A stretch of DNA of 64,000 bases. Origin: an uncultured Planctomycetota bacterium (lineage in GTDB: Bacteria > Planctomycetota > Planctomycetia > Isosphaerales > Isosphaeraceae). Location: assembly GCA_963845755.1 (NCBI GenBank), contig CAWJTV010000011.1, positions 480,001-544,000 of the forward strand, read 5' to 3'. Positions 31,301 through 42,900 of the stretch are shown here, one piece after another. Both the position numbers and the translations under genes were made by a program. How positions within the stretch are numbered: the stretch's first letter is position 1; each line of letters opens with the position of its first letter. The notes beneath the pieces are model-generated. The model was not told the origin of the DNA. It ran no database searches and was given only the letters and a program-made list of their open reading frames with translations.

Positions 31301-32161
31301 ATGCCCTCACCGTTTCCCGGCATGGATCCTTATCTGGAAGCGCTGGATATCTGGCCTGACCTTCATGACGCCCTGGCGGGAGAGATCCGGAACGAGCTCA
31401 ACCAGGCTTTGCCCAGCCCCTACTACGCCCGCGTGGAAATGCGCCCGGAGGTCGGCATCGTCGAAGAGGAAGGGATCCGGCAACGAATCGTCCCTGACTT
31501 CGTCGTCGTCCGCCAACCTTACCCACTGCGGGGGCCGGAAGACGGCGGGACGGCCGTTCTGACCCAACCTCGACGCGAAATCTCGAGGTGGATCGAGTAC
31601 GAGATTCATACCGAGCCGATCCGCCATCATTTCGTCGAGATCCGCGATTCGTTGCGCGGCCACAAGCTGATCACGTTGATCGAGATCCTCAGCCCGTCGA
31701 ATAAGCGGGCCGGGGAGGACCGCGAGGCGTATGAGCGGAAACAGCGTGCGGTGCTGAACAGTGATACGAACCTGATCGAGCTGGACCTGCTGCGCGGCGG
31801 CCGTCGGATCCTGACAGAGCCCGGCCTCGAGGCCAGGATCCAGGACCTGGACCCACCGCCCACTTACCTGGTGCGGGTCAACTGGTCGTGGCGCCGGGTT
31901 CCGAGATTGGGCGCTTACCACATCTTCCCGCTCGGCCTGCGCGAGTTGCTCCCGTGCATCCCGGTGCCGCTGAAACCGGAGGACGAGGAGGTCCGGCTCG
32001 ATCTCCAGTACCTGTTCAACCGGGCCTATGATACGGGTCCCTACCGGCGCGGAGCGGTCGACTACAGCGCGCCGCCAGCCCCGCCCGCGCTGGGCGACGA
32101 GGACGCCGTCTGGGCCGCCGAGCGGACGCGTCCCTGGCGCGAGCGTTCGCCCGCGCCGTAG
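31301..32161 (+). CDS. DUF4058 family protein
   Basis: MPSPFPGMDPYLE start with its own RBS (aggag), plus IEILSPSNK and IELDLLRGG. Confidence 0.9.
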   Translation: MPSPFPGMDPYLEALDIWPDLHDALAGEIRNELNQALPSPYYARVEMRPEVGIVEEEGIRQRIVPDFVVVRQPYPLRGPEDGGTAVLTQPRREISRWIEYEIHTEPIRHHFVEIRDSLRGHKLITLIEILSPSNKRAGEDREAYERKQRAVLNSDTNLIELDLLRGGRRILTEPGLEARIQDLDPPPTYLVRVNWSWRRVPRLGAYHIFPLGLRELLPCIPVPLKPEDEEVRLDLQYLFNRAYDTGPYRRGAVDYSAPPAPPALGDEDAVWAAERTRPWRERSPAP

Positions 32162-32165
32162 CCAG

Positions 32166-32724
32166 TTAGCGCTTCTGGAGCGTCAGCGTTCCCAGGTCGA
32201 TCGGCTGGGCCGATTCGCCCTCCTTCGCCTGCGGTACGGTAATCCGACGATCCCGCAAGATGAGAGGGCGTACTCCCTGCCGTTCGGTCCAAGCGCGGAG
32301 CGAGTAGTCGCCCACGGTGGGGTTCCGTTGGGGACGACTGTTGAGGGGCGTCCGTCACGACCGGCCGTGACTCGAACCGCCGCGCGGGCGTTTCCACCCC
32401 GACCGCGGCCATCCGCGGTTCTCCCGAAGGTTCGCTCGCGATCCGTTCGGGGACGCGAGCCACCGGGGACCAGGACGACAACAGGCTCGAAGGAGTCCAG
32501 AGCGCCAGGGCGGCCGGGACCGTCACGACCACGGGGACCAGGACCTTGTGCGGGACCGGGAGGAACAGACCGTAGCCGACCTGCGGCGTGACTCGATTTC
32601 GAATCACGAGCCATAACAGGCCGATCAACGCAAGCAACAGGGCGGCGTCCAGCGTCGCGGCGACAACCCACGCAACCCATCGGTCCCCGGCGGAATTGGC
32701 ATATCCGATCATGACGTTCCTCAT
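32166..32724 (-). pseudogene. Internally deleted BlaR1/M56-type gene
   Basis: An M56-like N-terminal membrane region is joined out of frame near 32320 to a ~50-aa C-terminus (GDYSL...EGESAQPIDLGTLTLQKR*). No HEXXH domain is present. The gene follows blaI. Confidence 0.75.
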
Positions 32725-32756
32725 CAGTGCGTCCCCCCGTTGGAAACCCCGCCAGC

Positions 32757-33164
32757 CTATTGATCCTGAGGTGGCTTCAACGACTGCTTCTTGGCGTCGA
32801 TCAGCTTCTGAAGCGAGTCGAGGTCGTCTTCGCTCAGCGTCATTCGTTCGACCATGTGGACCAGGAGCGGGCCCGTCACGCCTTCAACCGCATTGGTCAT
32901 CAACGTGTCGGCGGCGGATTGGAACGTCGCCAGCGCCGTCTGGGCCGGCCGGTAGACGAAGCCGTTCCCGACCCGCGTCGTGGATAGGTAGCCCTTGTCG
33001 ACCAAGCGCTTGAGGATCGTCTTGACCGTGGCAGGAGTCCAGGAATACTGCTCGACGGCGATCGTGTAGACCTCGCGAGCCATCGCCTTGCGCAGCTCCC
33101 AGACGATCTTCATGACCTTCCATTCCGCCTTGGACAGGTCCTTCCGCTTCCCAGAACTCATCAA
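32757..33164 (-). CDS. BlaI/MecI/CopY family repressor
   Basis: LSKAEWKVMKIVW, WTPATVKTILKRLVDKG, FVYRPA and LSEDDLDSLQKLI. Confidence 0.93.
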   Translation of the reverse strand: MMSSGKRKDLSKAEWKVMKIVWELRKAMAREVYTIAVEQYSWTPATVKTILKRLVDKGYLSTTRVGNGFVYRPAQTALATFQSAADTLMTNAVEGVTGPLLVHMVERMTLSEDDLDSLQKLIDAKKQSLKPPQDQ

Positions 33165-33199
33165 TCGGCCTCGTGATTCGCAAGGGCAGCAGTCAGTAA

Positions 33200-33319
33200 G
33201 AGTCTGTCCCAGAAGGGCGAGCGGGGGGCGTCAGCTCCCTGTCCGGTGAGCGACGGACCTCCAAGACAGGGGGCTGACGCCCCCCGCTCGCCCGGACCGG
33301 CCCCTTCTGGGACAGACTC
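33200..33319. mobile_element. MITE-like element with TAA duplication and internal palindrome
   Basis: TAA-gagtctgtcccagaagg ... ccttctgggacagactc-TAA (17-bp perfect TIR). Inner inverted repeat gggcgagcggggggcgtcagc / gctgacgccccccgctcgccc. Confidence 0.8.
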
Positions 33320-33337
33320 TAAGCCAAGTCGTCGGGC

Positions 33338-33366
33338 ACTGTAATCGAATCGATTATCTTTGTCAA
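33338..33366 (-). promoter_or_regulatory. Sigma70 promoter of blaI with overlapping palindromic operator
   Basis: Minus strand TTGACA-17 bp-TACAGT. Palindrome taatcga-a-tcgatta at 33342-33356. Confidence 0.75.
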
Positions 33367-33494
33367 CGATTTGGCGAATTGATTCACCGGGTCCTCCGGA
33401 GGGCCGGTGATTCTCGTTCCACCTCGTCATCGGCTTGCTCCCACTCGGCGAGGACACGTCAACTGCAATTCGTGTCATTGAGCCATTACCAGGC

Positions 33495-33548
33495 GGAGAC
33501 CCGTCTCTCGAAGACTCGGAGAGAGTCCCTGTTCTTGAAACAGCCTAA
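33495..33548. repeat. Degenerate copy of the 56669 element
   Basis: ctcgaagactcggag-agagtccctgttcttgaaacagcc versus ctcgaagactcggag-ccagtccccgttttgagatagcc. Confidence 0.65.
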
Positions 33549-33568
33549 TTAAATGGGCGGGCATCCTC

Positions 33569-33597
33569 TTGACCATGCCGATTTACGCAGCTATCCT
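33569..33597 (+). promoter_or_regulatory. Putative sigma70 promoter
   Basis: TTGACC-17 bp-TATCCT, about 400 bp upstream of the S53 gene. Confidence 0.45.
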
Positions 33598-34006
33598 CCT
33601 AATTGTGTTTGATCGATTTCCTCAGGGTCGACTGTCGTCTTCGAAATCGGGTCGTGGAACTGGCATCCGGCGCCTCTGAGGACGATCGCAAGAGGTCGAT
33701 TGGCAGGGAGGACTAGAGGCATCCCTTCTGGATCATTGGTCCTATTCTGGTCTGTCGCGGGTGGTGGAAGTGCGGTCTACACTCCCGCGGTGAAGGTGAC
33801 GGACACCGACCTTCGGTTTGATCATGTCGTGGCATGGCCATCCCGTTCGCTCCTCGCGACGGCGGCCCCGGTCGGTCGGACACCATCCCGCCATCCGAAC
33901 GCAGACACGGCAGGCACGTCATCGACGGTTATTGATCCGGCGCACGGGACGGCCGATCGCCCATCGCACCTGAGCCCCATTGTCTTGCCCCCCAGGAGAA
34001 CCGGCC

Positions 34007-37000
34007 ATGGCATCTCGCAAGCGGACTCTGCGGCCCATCGGTGCCTTGCGGCGCAAGCGGCGATCTCACCTGCCACTGCTGGAAAACCTGGAGGAGCGGC
34101 TGGTCCTCTCGCAAGGGACCTCCTTGCCGGTGTCCCCCGACATGGCCCTCGTGCCCGTCGCGCTCGCCCACGGCGGGACCGCCTGGTTCGAGGCGCCCGG
34201 GGCTGCGGGTCCGGGGGGGCCGACGGGCTCGGACTCATCCCAGGGCACCGCGTCCCCATCGTTGCGACCGGCGCAGGCCGATCTCGGCGTCATCCTGGGC
34301 TCCCTGCCGGTCAGCTCCCCGATCGAATCGGCGGCCCAAGGGTCCCCCGGCCCCGCAGGCTACCTCCCGCAGCAGATCCAGGACGCCTACGGTCTCAGCA
34401 ACGGCAGTGCATATAATAACGATATCAGTTTCGGCAGCACGGAGGGGGACGGCACCGGCCAGACGATCGGCATCTTCGAGGAGGGGTATAATCCCGCGTT
34501 TGTTGACACCTCCGCGTCCAGTTATAGCTCCAGCGCCCTGGCGCAGTTCGACAGGACCTTCGGCCTGCCCGACCCGCCCAGCCTGACGTTCGTCAACCAT
34601 ACGGGCGCAGCGCTGTCGTCCTCCAACAATAGCGGCAACAATCCCGATTTCGACGACTACGGCACCGGCCTGGAGATCGCCCTGGACATCGAGTCGGCGC
34701 ACGTCATGGCGGCCGGGGCCAGCATCGTCGTCCTCTGCGCCACGCAGGATCCCGGCGACTACTACGAGGACATCCCGCTGGGGATCGCCACCCTGGCCGG
34801 GTTGCCCGACGTCTCGGTGATCTCGGCGAGCTACGGCTACTTCCTCGATCTCTTCGGCCAGCAGGGCCTGGAGCAGGGCTGGGACAGCAGCATCATCCAG
34901 CCCGCGCTGGCGGCCAACCCCGACGTCAGCATCTTCGCGGCGACGGGCGACGACGCGTCGGCCTACGGGCTGGTCTACCCGGCCGCCTCGCCCGAGGTCG
35001 TGTCGGTCGGCGGCACGAGCCTGACTGTCACGAAGGGCGGCCAGCGGATCAACGAGACGGGCTGGAGCGAGGGCGGCGGCGGCTACAGCCAGGCGTTCCC
35101 ACTGCCCTCGTACCAACAGGCTGACGGCTTCTCCGGCAATGTCTTGAATCGAGCGCACCAACCCGGACGTCGCCGCCGACGCCGACCCCAACACCGGCGT
35201 GGCCGTCTACGATCCCTACGACCTCGGCTCCGCCACCCCATGGGTTCGGACCGGAGGGACCAGCCTGGCGACGCCCCTCTGGGCCGGCATGGCCGCGATC
35301 GCCGATCAGGGCCGCGCCCTCGCCGGCGGCACGCCCCTCGGCTCGACCGCGATGCTGACGGACCTCTACAATCTGGCCAAGATCGCCCCCGGCGACTTCC
35401 ACGACATCACCCAGGGGAACGACGGCCACTTCGCCGGACGGGGCTACGACCTGGTCACCGGCCTGGGGACGCCCAAGGCCAACCTCCTCATCCCCGACCT
35501 CGCCGCTTATGGCCTGGCCAGCAAGGCGCTCATCCTCACCCAGCCGCCGCCCAGCGTCGCCGCTGGCGGCCAATTCGGCATCATCGCCCAGGACGCGACG
35601 TCGTACGGCGCCCTCGACCCCACCTACTCCGGGACCGCCACCATCTCGATGCTCAGCGGACCGGCGGGTGCCAGCTTCACGCCGGTGAGCGTCCCGGTCA
35701 CCGACGGCCGCGCGGTCTTCCAGGAGCTATCGCTGAGCACCAAGGGCGTCTATACTTTCCGGGTCGCGATGACCGGCCTGGCGTCGAGCCACACGAACCC
35801 CGTCACGGTGATCAACGCGCGGGCGGGGACGGGCTACTTCTATCCGCTCCCGATCGGCAACAGCCTGGGGACCGACGTTGCGGCGGCCGACTCGAATGGG
35901 TTTGCCAGCAACATCATCATGCTCTCCATCTCCAGCCTTCCCTATATGGTGACCGGCGGCCAACTCGTCGTCAACAACGGCTCGAGCCTGAAGAGCAAGT
36001 CGTTCACGATCGTCGGGCAGGGCGAGTCGAGCTCGGTCATCAACGCCGGGTCGACCAGCCGGGTTTTCGAGATCGTGGGGACCGGTTCGGGCCTCTCGGT
36101 GGTGTTTCAGAGCCTGGCGATCGCCGGGGGCCGCGCGACCGATGGCGGAATCCTGGGCAGCACCGTGGCGATGGGCGGCGGCCTGCTGATCGACGGCGGC
36201 ACCGTGGCGCTGTCCGGAGTCGCGGTGACGAACAACGAGGCCAGTGGCGCCGCCGGAGCGGTCGGGACCACCGGCCATTCGGCGACCCGGTCGCATGTCA
36301 CCGGCCCGCCCGGCGGTAACGGGGGTGCCGGCGGCAACGCCGAGGGCGGCGGCATCTACCTGGCCTCGGGCACCCTCACGCTGACCAACGACCTGATCCA
36401 GGGCAATGTGGCCCAGGGCGGGGCCGGTGGCGCCGGCGGCCGGGGCGGCTATGGGTTCACCGGGATCGAATCATCCACCGCCGGCAACTCCATCGGCCCG
36501 CCTCATGGGGCTAACGGCGGACCGGGCGGAAACGGCGCGGCGGGCGGAAACGGGCTGGGGGGCGGCCTCTACCTCGCCGGTGGTACCCTGGCGCCGCTCA
36601 ACAGCAGCGTAGTATTCGGCGACAACGCCTGCGCGGCGGCGCGGGGGGTGCTGGCGGGAACGGCGGCCGCGCCGGGATTTCCGGCCCGTACGTCGCAGGC
36701 AACGGAGGCGCCGGTGGGCCTGGAGGAAACGGCGCGGGGGGTGCGATCTTCCTGGCCGGCGGCAACGTGCAGTTCAACCGCCCGGCCAACATCGAGGCCA
36801 ATGTGGCCGCTGGCGGCGCGGGCGGTCGCGGCGGCTTCGGGGGCACCGGGAGTAATGGCTCCTTCGCAGGGTTCGCCCCCCCGGGCCAGGACGGCGGGCC
36901 GGGCGGCAATGGTGGCGCGGGCGGCAATGGCGGCGCGGGCGCCGCGGGGGGTTGGGGCCGCGGCGGCGGCATCTATCTCGCGGTCGGAGCGACGCTCACG

Positions 37001-39891
37001 CTGAACCAGGGGGGCATCCTCGGCGGCAATCAGGCGCTCGGGGCGCGGGCGGCCATGGGGGCACCGCCGGGCAAGGCGGCAATGGCGGCAGCGGCGGCCT
37101 TGGCGGCACCGGAGTCGCGGGAGCCGCGGGCGGTGGTGCCGGCGGCATCGGCGGCCACGGCGGGCCGGGCGGCAATGGCGGTGCCGCGGGGCGGGGCGGC
37201 CAGGGCGGAATCGGCGGCATCGGCGCCGGCGGCGGGCTGTACCTCGGCGGCGGGAAGGTCCAGGACAACGGCGGCGTCATCGCTTCCAATGCCGCGATCG
37301 GCGGCAGCGGTGGCACCGGCGGTTGGGGATACTTCGGAAGGAAGGGGGGATCTGCCGGCGGAGGCGGTCGGGGTGGCGCCGGCGGCATGGGCACGGCCCT
37401 CCACCCGACGGGTGGCGCCGGCGGTCCCGGCGGCATGGCCGGTACCCCCGGCCTGCCCGGGGCGGCCGGCAACGGCGGCAACGGCGGCGAGGGCGGAGCA
37501 GGTGTTGGCGGCGGGGTCTACGTCCAATCCGGAACGATCACCCTCAACCATGGCTCGATCAGCGGGAATCACGCCGACGGCGGTGCCGGTGGCCGCGGCG
37601 GTACAGCCGGCGAAGGCGGCACCGGCGGAGATGGCGGGCATGGCGGATACGGCGGATACGGCGGCACGGGCGTGTCGGGAGCAGCCGGAGGCGTCGGTGG
37701 TGTCGGGGGCGCCGGCGGCAATGGCGCTGAGGGCGCGGCAGCCGGCCGGGCCGGTCGGTGTGGCAACGGCGGCAACGGAGCAGGAGGCGGCCTGTATCTC
37801 GGCGGCGGCAACGTCCAGGACAACGGCGCCACAATCGCCTTCAATGTCGCGGGCGGGGGTATCGGCGGCGCCGGTGGTTGGGGATACCTCGGAGGGAACG
37901 GGGGAGGTGGCGGCCTTGCCGGCGGTGGTGGCACCGGCGGCCCGGGCGGCAACGGCGGCGCGGGTGGCGAGGGCGGGGCGGGCGGAGTCGGCGGCAACGG
38001 TAGATCCGGCCACACCGGTGGCGTCGGCGGTATCGGCGGAGCGGGCTACGGCGGGGGCGTCTACGTACAAGCCGGGACGATCGCCTTCAACAGCGCCCCG
38101 GTCACCAGCAACGAGGCCATCGGTGGTGTCGGCGGCCGGGGCGGTACCGGCGCCGAGGGCGGGGAGGGCTATATCGGCGGTGGTGGCGGCATCGGCGGCT
38201 TCGCCGCCAGCGGCATGGTGACTCCGAGCGGTGCTGGCGGCGCGGGTGGCACCGGCGGGGCGGGCGGGGCAGGCGGGGCAGGCGGCAACGGTGCGCCCGG
38301 CCAGGCTGGGGGCGCCGGTGGTGCCGGCGGAGCGGGGGCCGGCGGCGGCGTCTACGTCCAATCCGGGACGGTCACCTTCAACAGCGACTCGCTCACGGGC
38401 AATCAGGCGATCGGCGGTGTCGGGGGCCTGGGGGGCCGCGGCGGCAGCGGAGGTACAGCCAAGAGCGCCGGCGGGGGCGGCGACGGTGGTCGCGGTGGTC
38501 ATGGCGGGACGGCGGCGATGGGTGGCGTCGCGGGCAACGGTGGTGCTGGCGGCCACGGCGGCCGGGGCGGGGCCGTCGGCCTCCCCGGTCCGGCCGGGGC
38601 GGGCGGCGCCGGCAGCATCGGGGGACTCGGTGCCGGCGGCGGGCTGTACGTCGGCGGCGGCAAGGTCACGTTGAATTCCGTCCTGGTGAGTAAGAATCGC
38701 GCCAACAGTGGCATCGGGGGCTCGGGTGGCATCGGCGGTCATGGTGGCTCGGTGGCCTTCGGCGGGCCCGGCGGCGGGGGCGGCGCGGGCGGCAGCGGCG
38801 GCAATGCCGGCACCAGCGGCCAGGCTGGTAAGGGGGGCGCCGGTGGTGCCGGCGGCAGCGGCGGCCTCGACAATGCTGGCGGCAACGGGGCCAATGGTGG
38901 CAATGCCGGCAACGGCGGCAACGGCAATGGCGGCGGCCTTTACCTGGCCGGCGGCGTTGTGGTCTTGAATAGCCCCAGGATCAGCGGCAACTCCGCCTTC
39001 GGGGGCGCCGGCGGCGTCGGCGGCGCAGGGGGCATGGGTGGCTCCGGCGGAGGCGGCGGCAGCAGCGGCGGAAATGGCGGCGCGGGCGGTGCCGGCGGCT
39101 TCGCTTTCACCGGAGGCCAAGGGGGCACCGGCGGGCATGGCGGCAACGACGGCAATGGCGGCGATGGTGGCAACGGCGGCCACGGCGGCCACGGCGGCAA
39201 TGGGGGTTCGGGTGGGTCCGGAGACGGCGGCGGCCTGTACATCAACGGTGGCGTCGTCACGCTCAACGGCGGCAACGTCAGCGGCAACCAGGCCGGCGGC
39301 GGCGCGGGCGGACAGGGCGGCGCGGGCGGGCAGGGCGGCGCCGGATTCGAGGGCGGTGGCGGCCGCAGCGCTCCCTTCTTCAGCGCTTCCGCCATCCACA
39401 ACAACGGCGGCAATGGCGGCAACGGCGCCCCGGGTGGCTCGGGCGGCAACGGTGGCAACGGCGGTCAGGGCGGCAATGGCGGCGCTGGTGGCGACGGCGG
39501 TCAGGGCGGCCACGGCGGCAACGCGGCCGGGGCCGGCCTGTACCAGGGCGCCGGAGTGCTGACGATCAACGTCACCAAGTTCACCAGCAATACCCTGGCC
39601 GCGGTCGCTCTCGGCGGGGCCGTCGGCGCGGGCGGCGCAGGAGGTGGTATTGCCCGCACTTCAAACGGAGCCCCAGGCGTCGCAAAGGGCGGGTCGGGCG
39701 GCTCGGGCGGCTTCAGTAATGGCGGGATCGGGACCCAGGCGCCGTCGGGGGCCGCCGGCCTCTCCGGCACTGCGGGCCAATCGGGAGCAGCCGGTGCTTC
39801 AGGGTCCGTCGCGGGCGCCGGCGGCATCAACAGCAAGGACACCAAAAAGGGCGGCATCTACATCGCCGGAGGCACGATCATCATTCATTGA
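34007..39891 (+). CDS. Secreted S53 (sedolisin-like) peptidase with a long Gly-rich PGRS-like repeat region (frameshifts near 35150, 36630, 37050)
   Basis: RBS aggag. LENLEERLVLS motif, EIALDIE, ATGDD, GGTSLATP and GYDLVTGLGTP, followed by repeated GGGLY...N.A.GG blocks separated by GGxGGx runs. Confidence 0.85.
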
Positions 39892-39900
39892 CCACGACCG

Positions 39901-42900
39901 TCACGGCTTCTGAAGCGTCAGCGTTCCCAGGTCGACCGGCTGGGCCGATTCGCCCTCCTTCGCCGACGGTACGGTAAAGCGATGGCCGCCCAACTGGAAA
40001 TGGCCTCCTCCCTCTTGATCGAGCGACGCGGCCAGCCCGTAATCTCCCGCGGGCAGGTCGTCGATGCGGAATCGGCCGTCGCGGTCCACGGTGGACGTGC
40101 TGTAGACCCCCTCCAGGCGAACCTCGGCGCCTTCGCTCGCGGCCACGACCAGGGCGAGATTCCACCGAATCTTCTCGCGAGTTCCCTCCGGCGGTTGCAG
40201 CTTGCCGACGACCGCTCGACCGGATCCTCCCAGGTCGATATGAACGGTCTTTCCACCAGGGAAATCCGCCGCGATCATGCACGATGAGGCCACCTCCGCG
40301 GCTCCATCCTTCGACGTCATCCTGAGTTCACGACCGATCCGCCCACGGCCCGCGATCACGCGTTCGAAGACAAATCGTCCATCCGGCCCGGAGGTCACCT
40401 CGTGATGCGTGAAGATGCTCGGTACATCATTCCCGTGCGAACGGAGGCTCTCGACGCCGATCGTGATCGGCACGTTCGCGGCCGGCATCTTGCCGATCCG
40501 GAAGGTCCCCTCCACTCGGGCCCATGGCTCCAGGTGGATGATCCTGGCCCGATCCCATTCGGAAGGAGATTTGATGTGAGCATATCCAGAAAGATGAGTG
40601 ATCACGAGCTGAAAGGCCGTTTTCTGCGGCGGGAAATGGAAGCGGCCGGCGGCGTCGGTCTCGAGTCGCGTGCTGTACGTCGCCGTATCGTCGATGTCAC
40701 CGTTCTTGACGTTGATCTGCGATCCCGCGATGCCCAGCGCGACCTTGGCGCCCGCCGCGGGCCGGTTCGCGGGGTCACCACCTTGGCGATGATGTCCTGC
40801 CCTCGCTTCAGCGCGAAATCGATCGTGACATCGCCCTCGGTGCTCTTGATGTCGCGCGAGTCCGCCACCAGATAGCCGTCGGCCTCGATGCGCACCAGGT
40901 GCGCAAAATACCCGTGGGTCTCGCGGAGCTGGTAATGGCCGTCCGAGGCCGAAAACGTCTGGCTAGGGACCCAGTTCATGTGCGTTGGGCTGGACCGGAC
41001 GCCCGGCACCACGCGAAAAGCCTTGATCGGCTGCTTCGTTTCCGCGTCGATGACCTTGCCCGAAATGACGAGGGTGGGGGGCAGCCGGAAGACATACTCT
41101 TCCGGGCGTGCGATCAGCGCCTCGTTCCGACAGTGTCATCCCGTCGCCGGGGGAGTAGATATCGGCCTTGAACTCGTCCAGCGGGGCTTCGTTCCACACC
41201 CAGACGCCATTCGGGTCGGCGTATTCACTGATGTGGTCGAACTCGAAGTAATCGATGCGGCCGCGCCAATGCTGGAAGAAGATCCGCGCCCTGGCGGCCG
41301 GCTTCCCCTGATGATCCAGTACGCGGATAGTCACGGTGCCGCCTGGCTTCATCGTGAAGTTGACCGGACCCATATCGGCCTGGATGGGCAGCTCCTTCAT
41401 ATCGATGGCCCGGCCCTTGGCCGACACCACGATCCGGGCGGCCCGCGGCTCGCAGCCGGCGAGATGGTAGACGCCGTCTTGGCCCGTCCTGGCTTCGCGG
41501 ATGTCGTTGAGGAACTTGGTGCGGATCAGGGCCCCGGCGATCGGCTTGCCGGCTTCGTCGGTGACCTTGCCGGTCACCGTCAGGCCGCGTTCCAGGACGA
41601 TCTTCGCCGCCGATTGCCGGCCGCGCTCGAGGCCGAACTCGGGGCGAGTCGAGCGCCCGGCGCAGTGGTCGGAAGCCCGGGTGATTGATCTCCACGAACA
41701 CCTCGCTCATCGAAGCCGGCACGCTGTCAAAGTGCCAATGGCCCGCGGCGTTGGTCTTCCGTGCCGCGCCGACGCCGAACTGTCGATGGACACCAGGGCG
41801 CTTCTTGTATTCCATGCTGGGGCTGACCGTCACGCCCGCGACTGGCTTGCCTTCGGCGTTGACGACGAGCCCTCCCACGGACCAGCCCACCTCCAGCTCG
41901 GCCGTGAAGCGGGTCGGAACCGCCTCAGCATGACTCTCGGACGACCAGCCCGCCCAGTACGGGCCATAGCCCGGAGTCTCGATGAACACGTCGAAAGACT
42001 TCGGCGCCTGGGGGACCTCGATTGCAAGTTGCCCCTGGGCGTCCGTTGCCACGAACAGGCCGTACGGGCCCCGTCGGAGGAGCTTACCCTGACGGATGTT
42101 CTCGACCCTCGAGCCCGGGTCCGAACGAAACTCGACAACGGCCTCCGGAATCGGTTTCCCGTCCGGCCCCACGACGCGCAGGGCGAATTCCTGGCCGGCC
42201 TTGGCCGGCGTTTCACCGGCGGCGGCCTGAGGGGAACCGGCCAGGGCCCGGGGGTCGTCGACGACCAGGTAATGGCCGTGGTCGGACGAGACGAGCAGGA
42301 GGGATTCGTCCCAGTTGCTGTGGGCTTCGACCCATCGGATGATGGCGCGGACGGCCTCCTCGCCGCTGTAGATGGCGCCGACGGCATTATCGAGGTTATT
42401 CGCATGGAGGCCGAAGTCGACGTCGCCGGCCTCGACGAACAGGGCGAATGGCTGATCGGGCCGGGCGGCCAGGACGGTCAGGGCGGCCTCGGTCATCTGG
42501 GCCAGGGTCGGCTGCTCGAGCCGGTCGGTCGGGGGGTAGACCTCCGCCTTGGCCGCATGCCGCCAGGCGGCCGATGCTGGGCGCGGGGTCATATCGGCCG
42601 TCGGCGGTCCGGAACGGGAGATGATCGAGCCCCGCGCGGCCGAAGAAGCCGAAGAGGCGCGCGGAGCGCGCGGCAGCGTCCTTGGCGGCCCGGACCAAGG
42701 CCTCGCCACCGCTGGCCAATGGCTCGGTGTGGACCACGACGTACTTGCCGCCGTTCTTGACGTCGATCGCCGCGAAGTCCGGATCGGCGATGAAGGTATT
42801 CCCCGGCACCCAGTTCTTCCCCTGCGGTGCCATGGTCGACGCCTGGCTGGTGATCCCGAAGCCGGCGCCCATGACGACGTCGAGGCCCGGCAGGCGCGGG

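Noticed and set aside
29621..32161. S10 peptidase-DUF4058 fusion (846-aa ORF)
   Set aside because: DUF4058 has its own RBS and canonical MPSPFPGMDPYLE start. An indel near 31220 explains the read-through.
36300..39891. Mycobacterial PE_PGRS gene or contamination
   Set aside because: No PE domain. The gene begins with a planctomycete-type LEERLVLS motif and an S53 domain.
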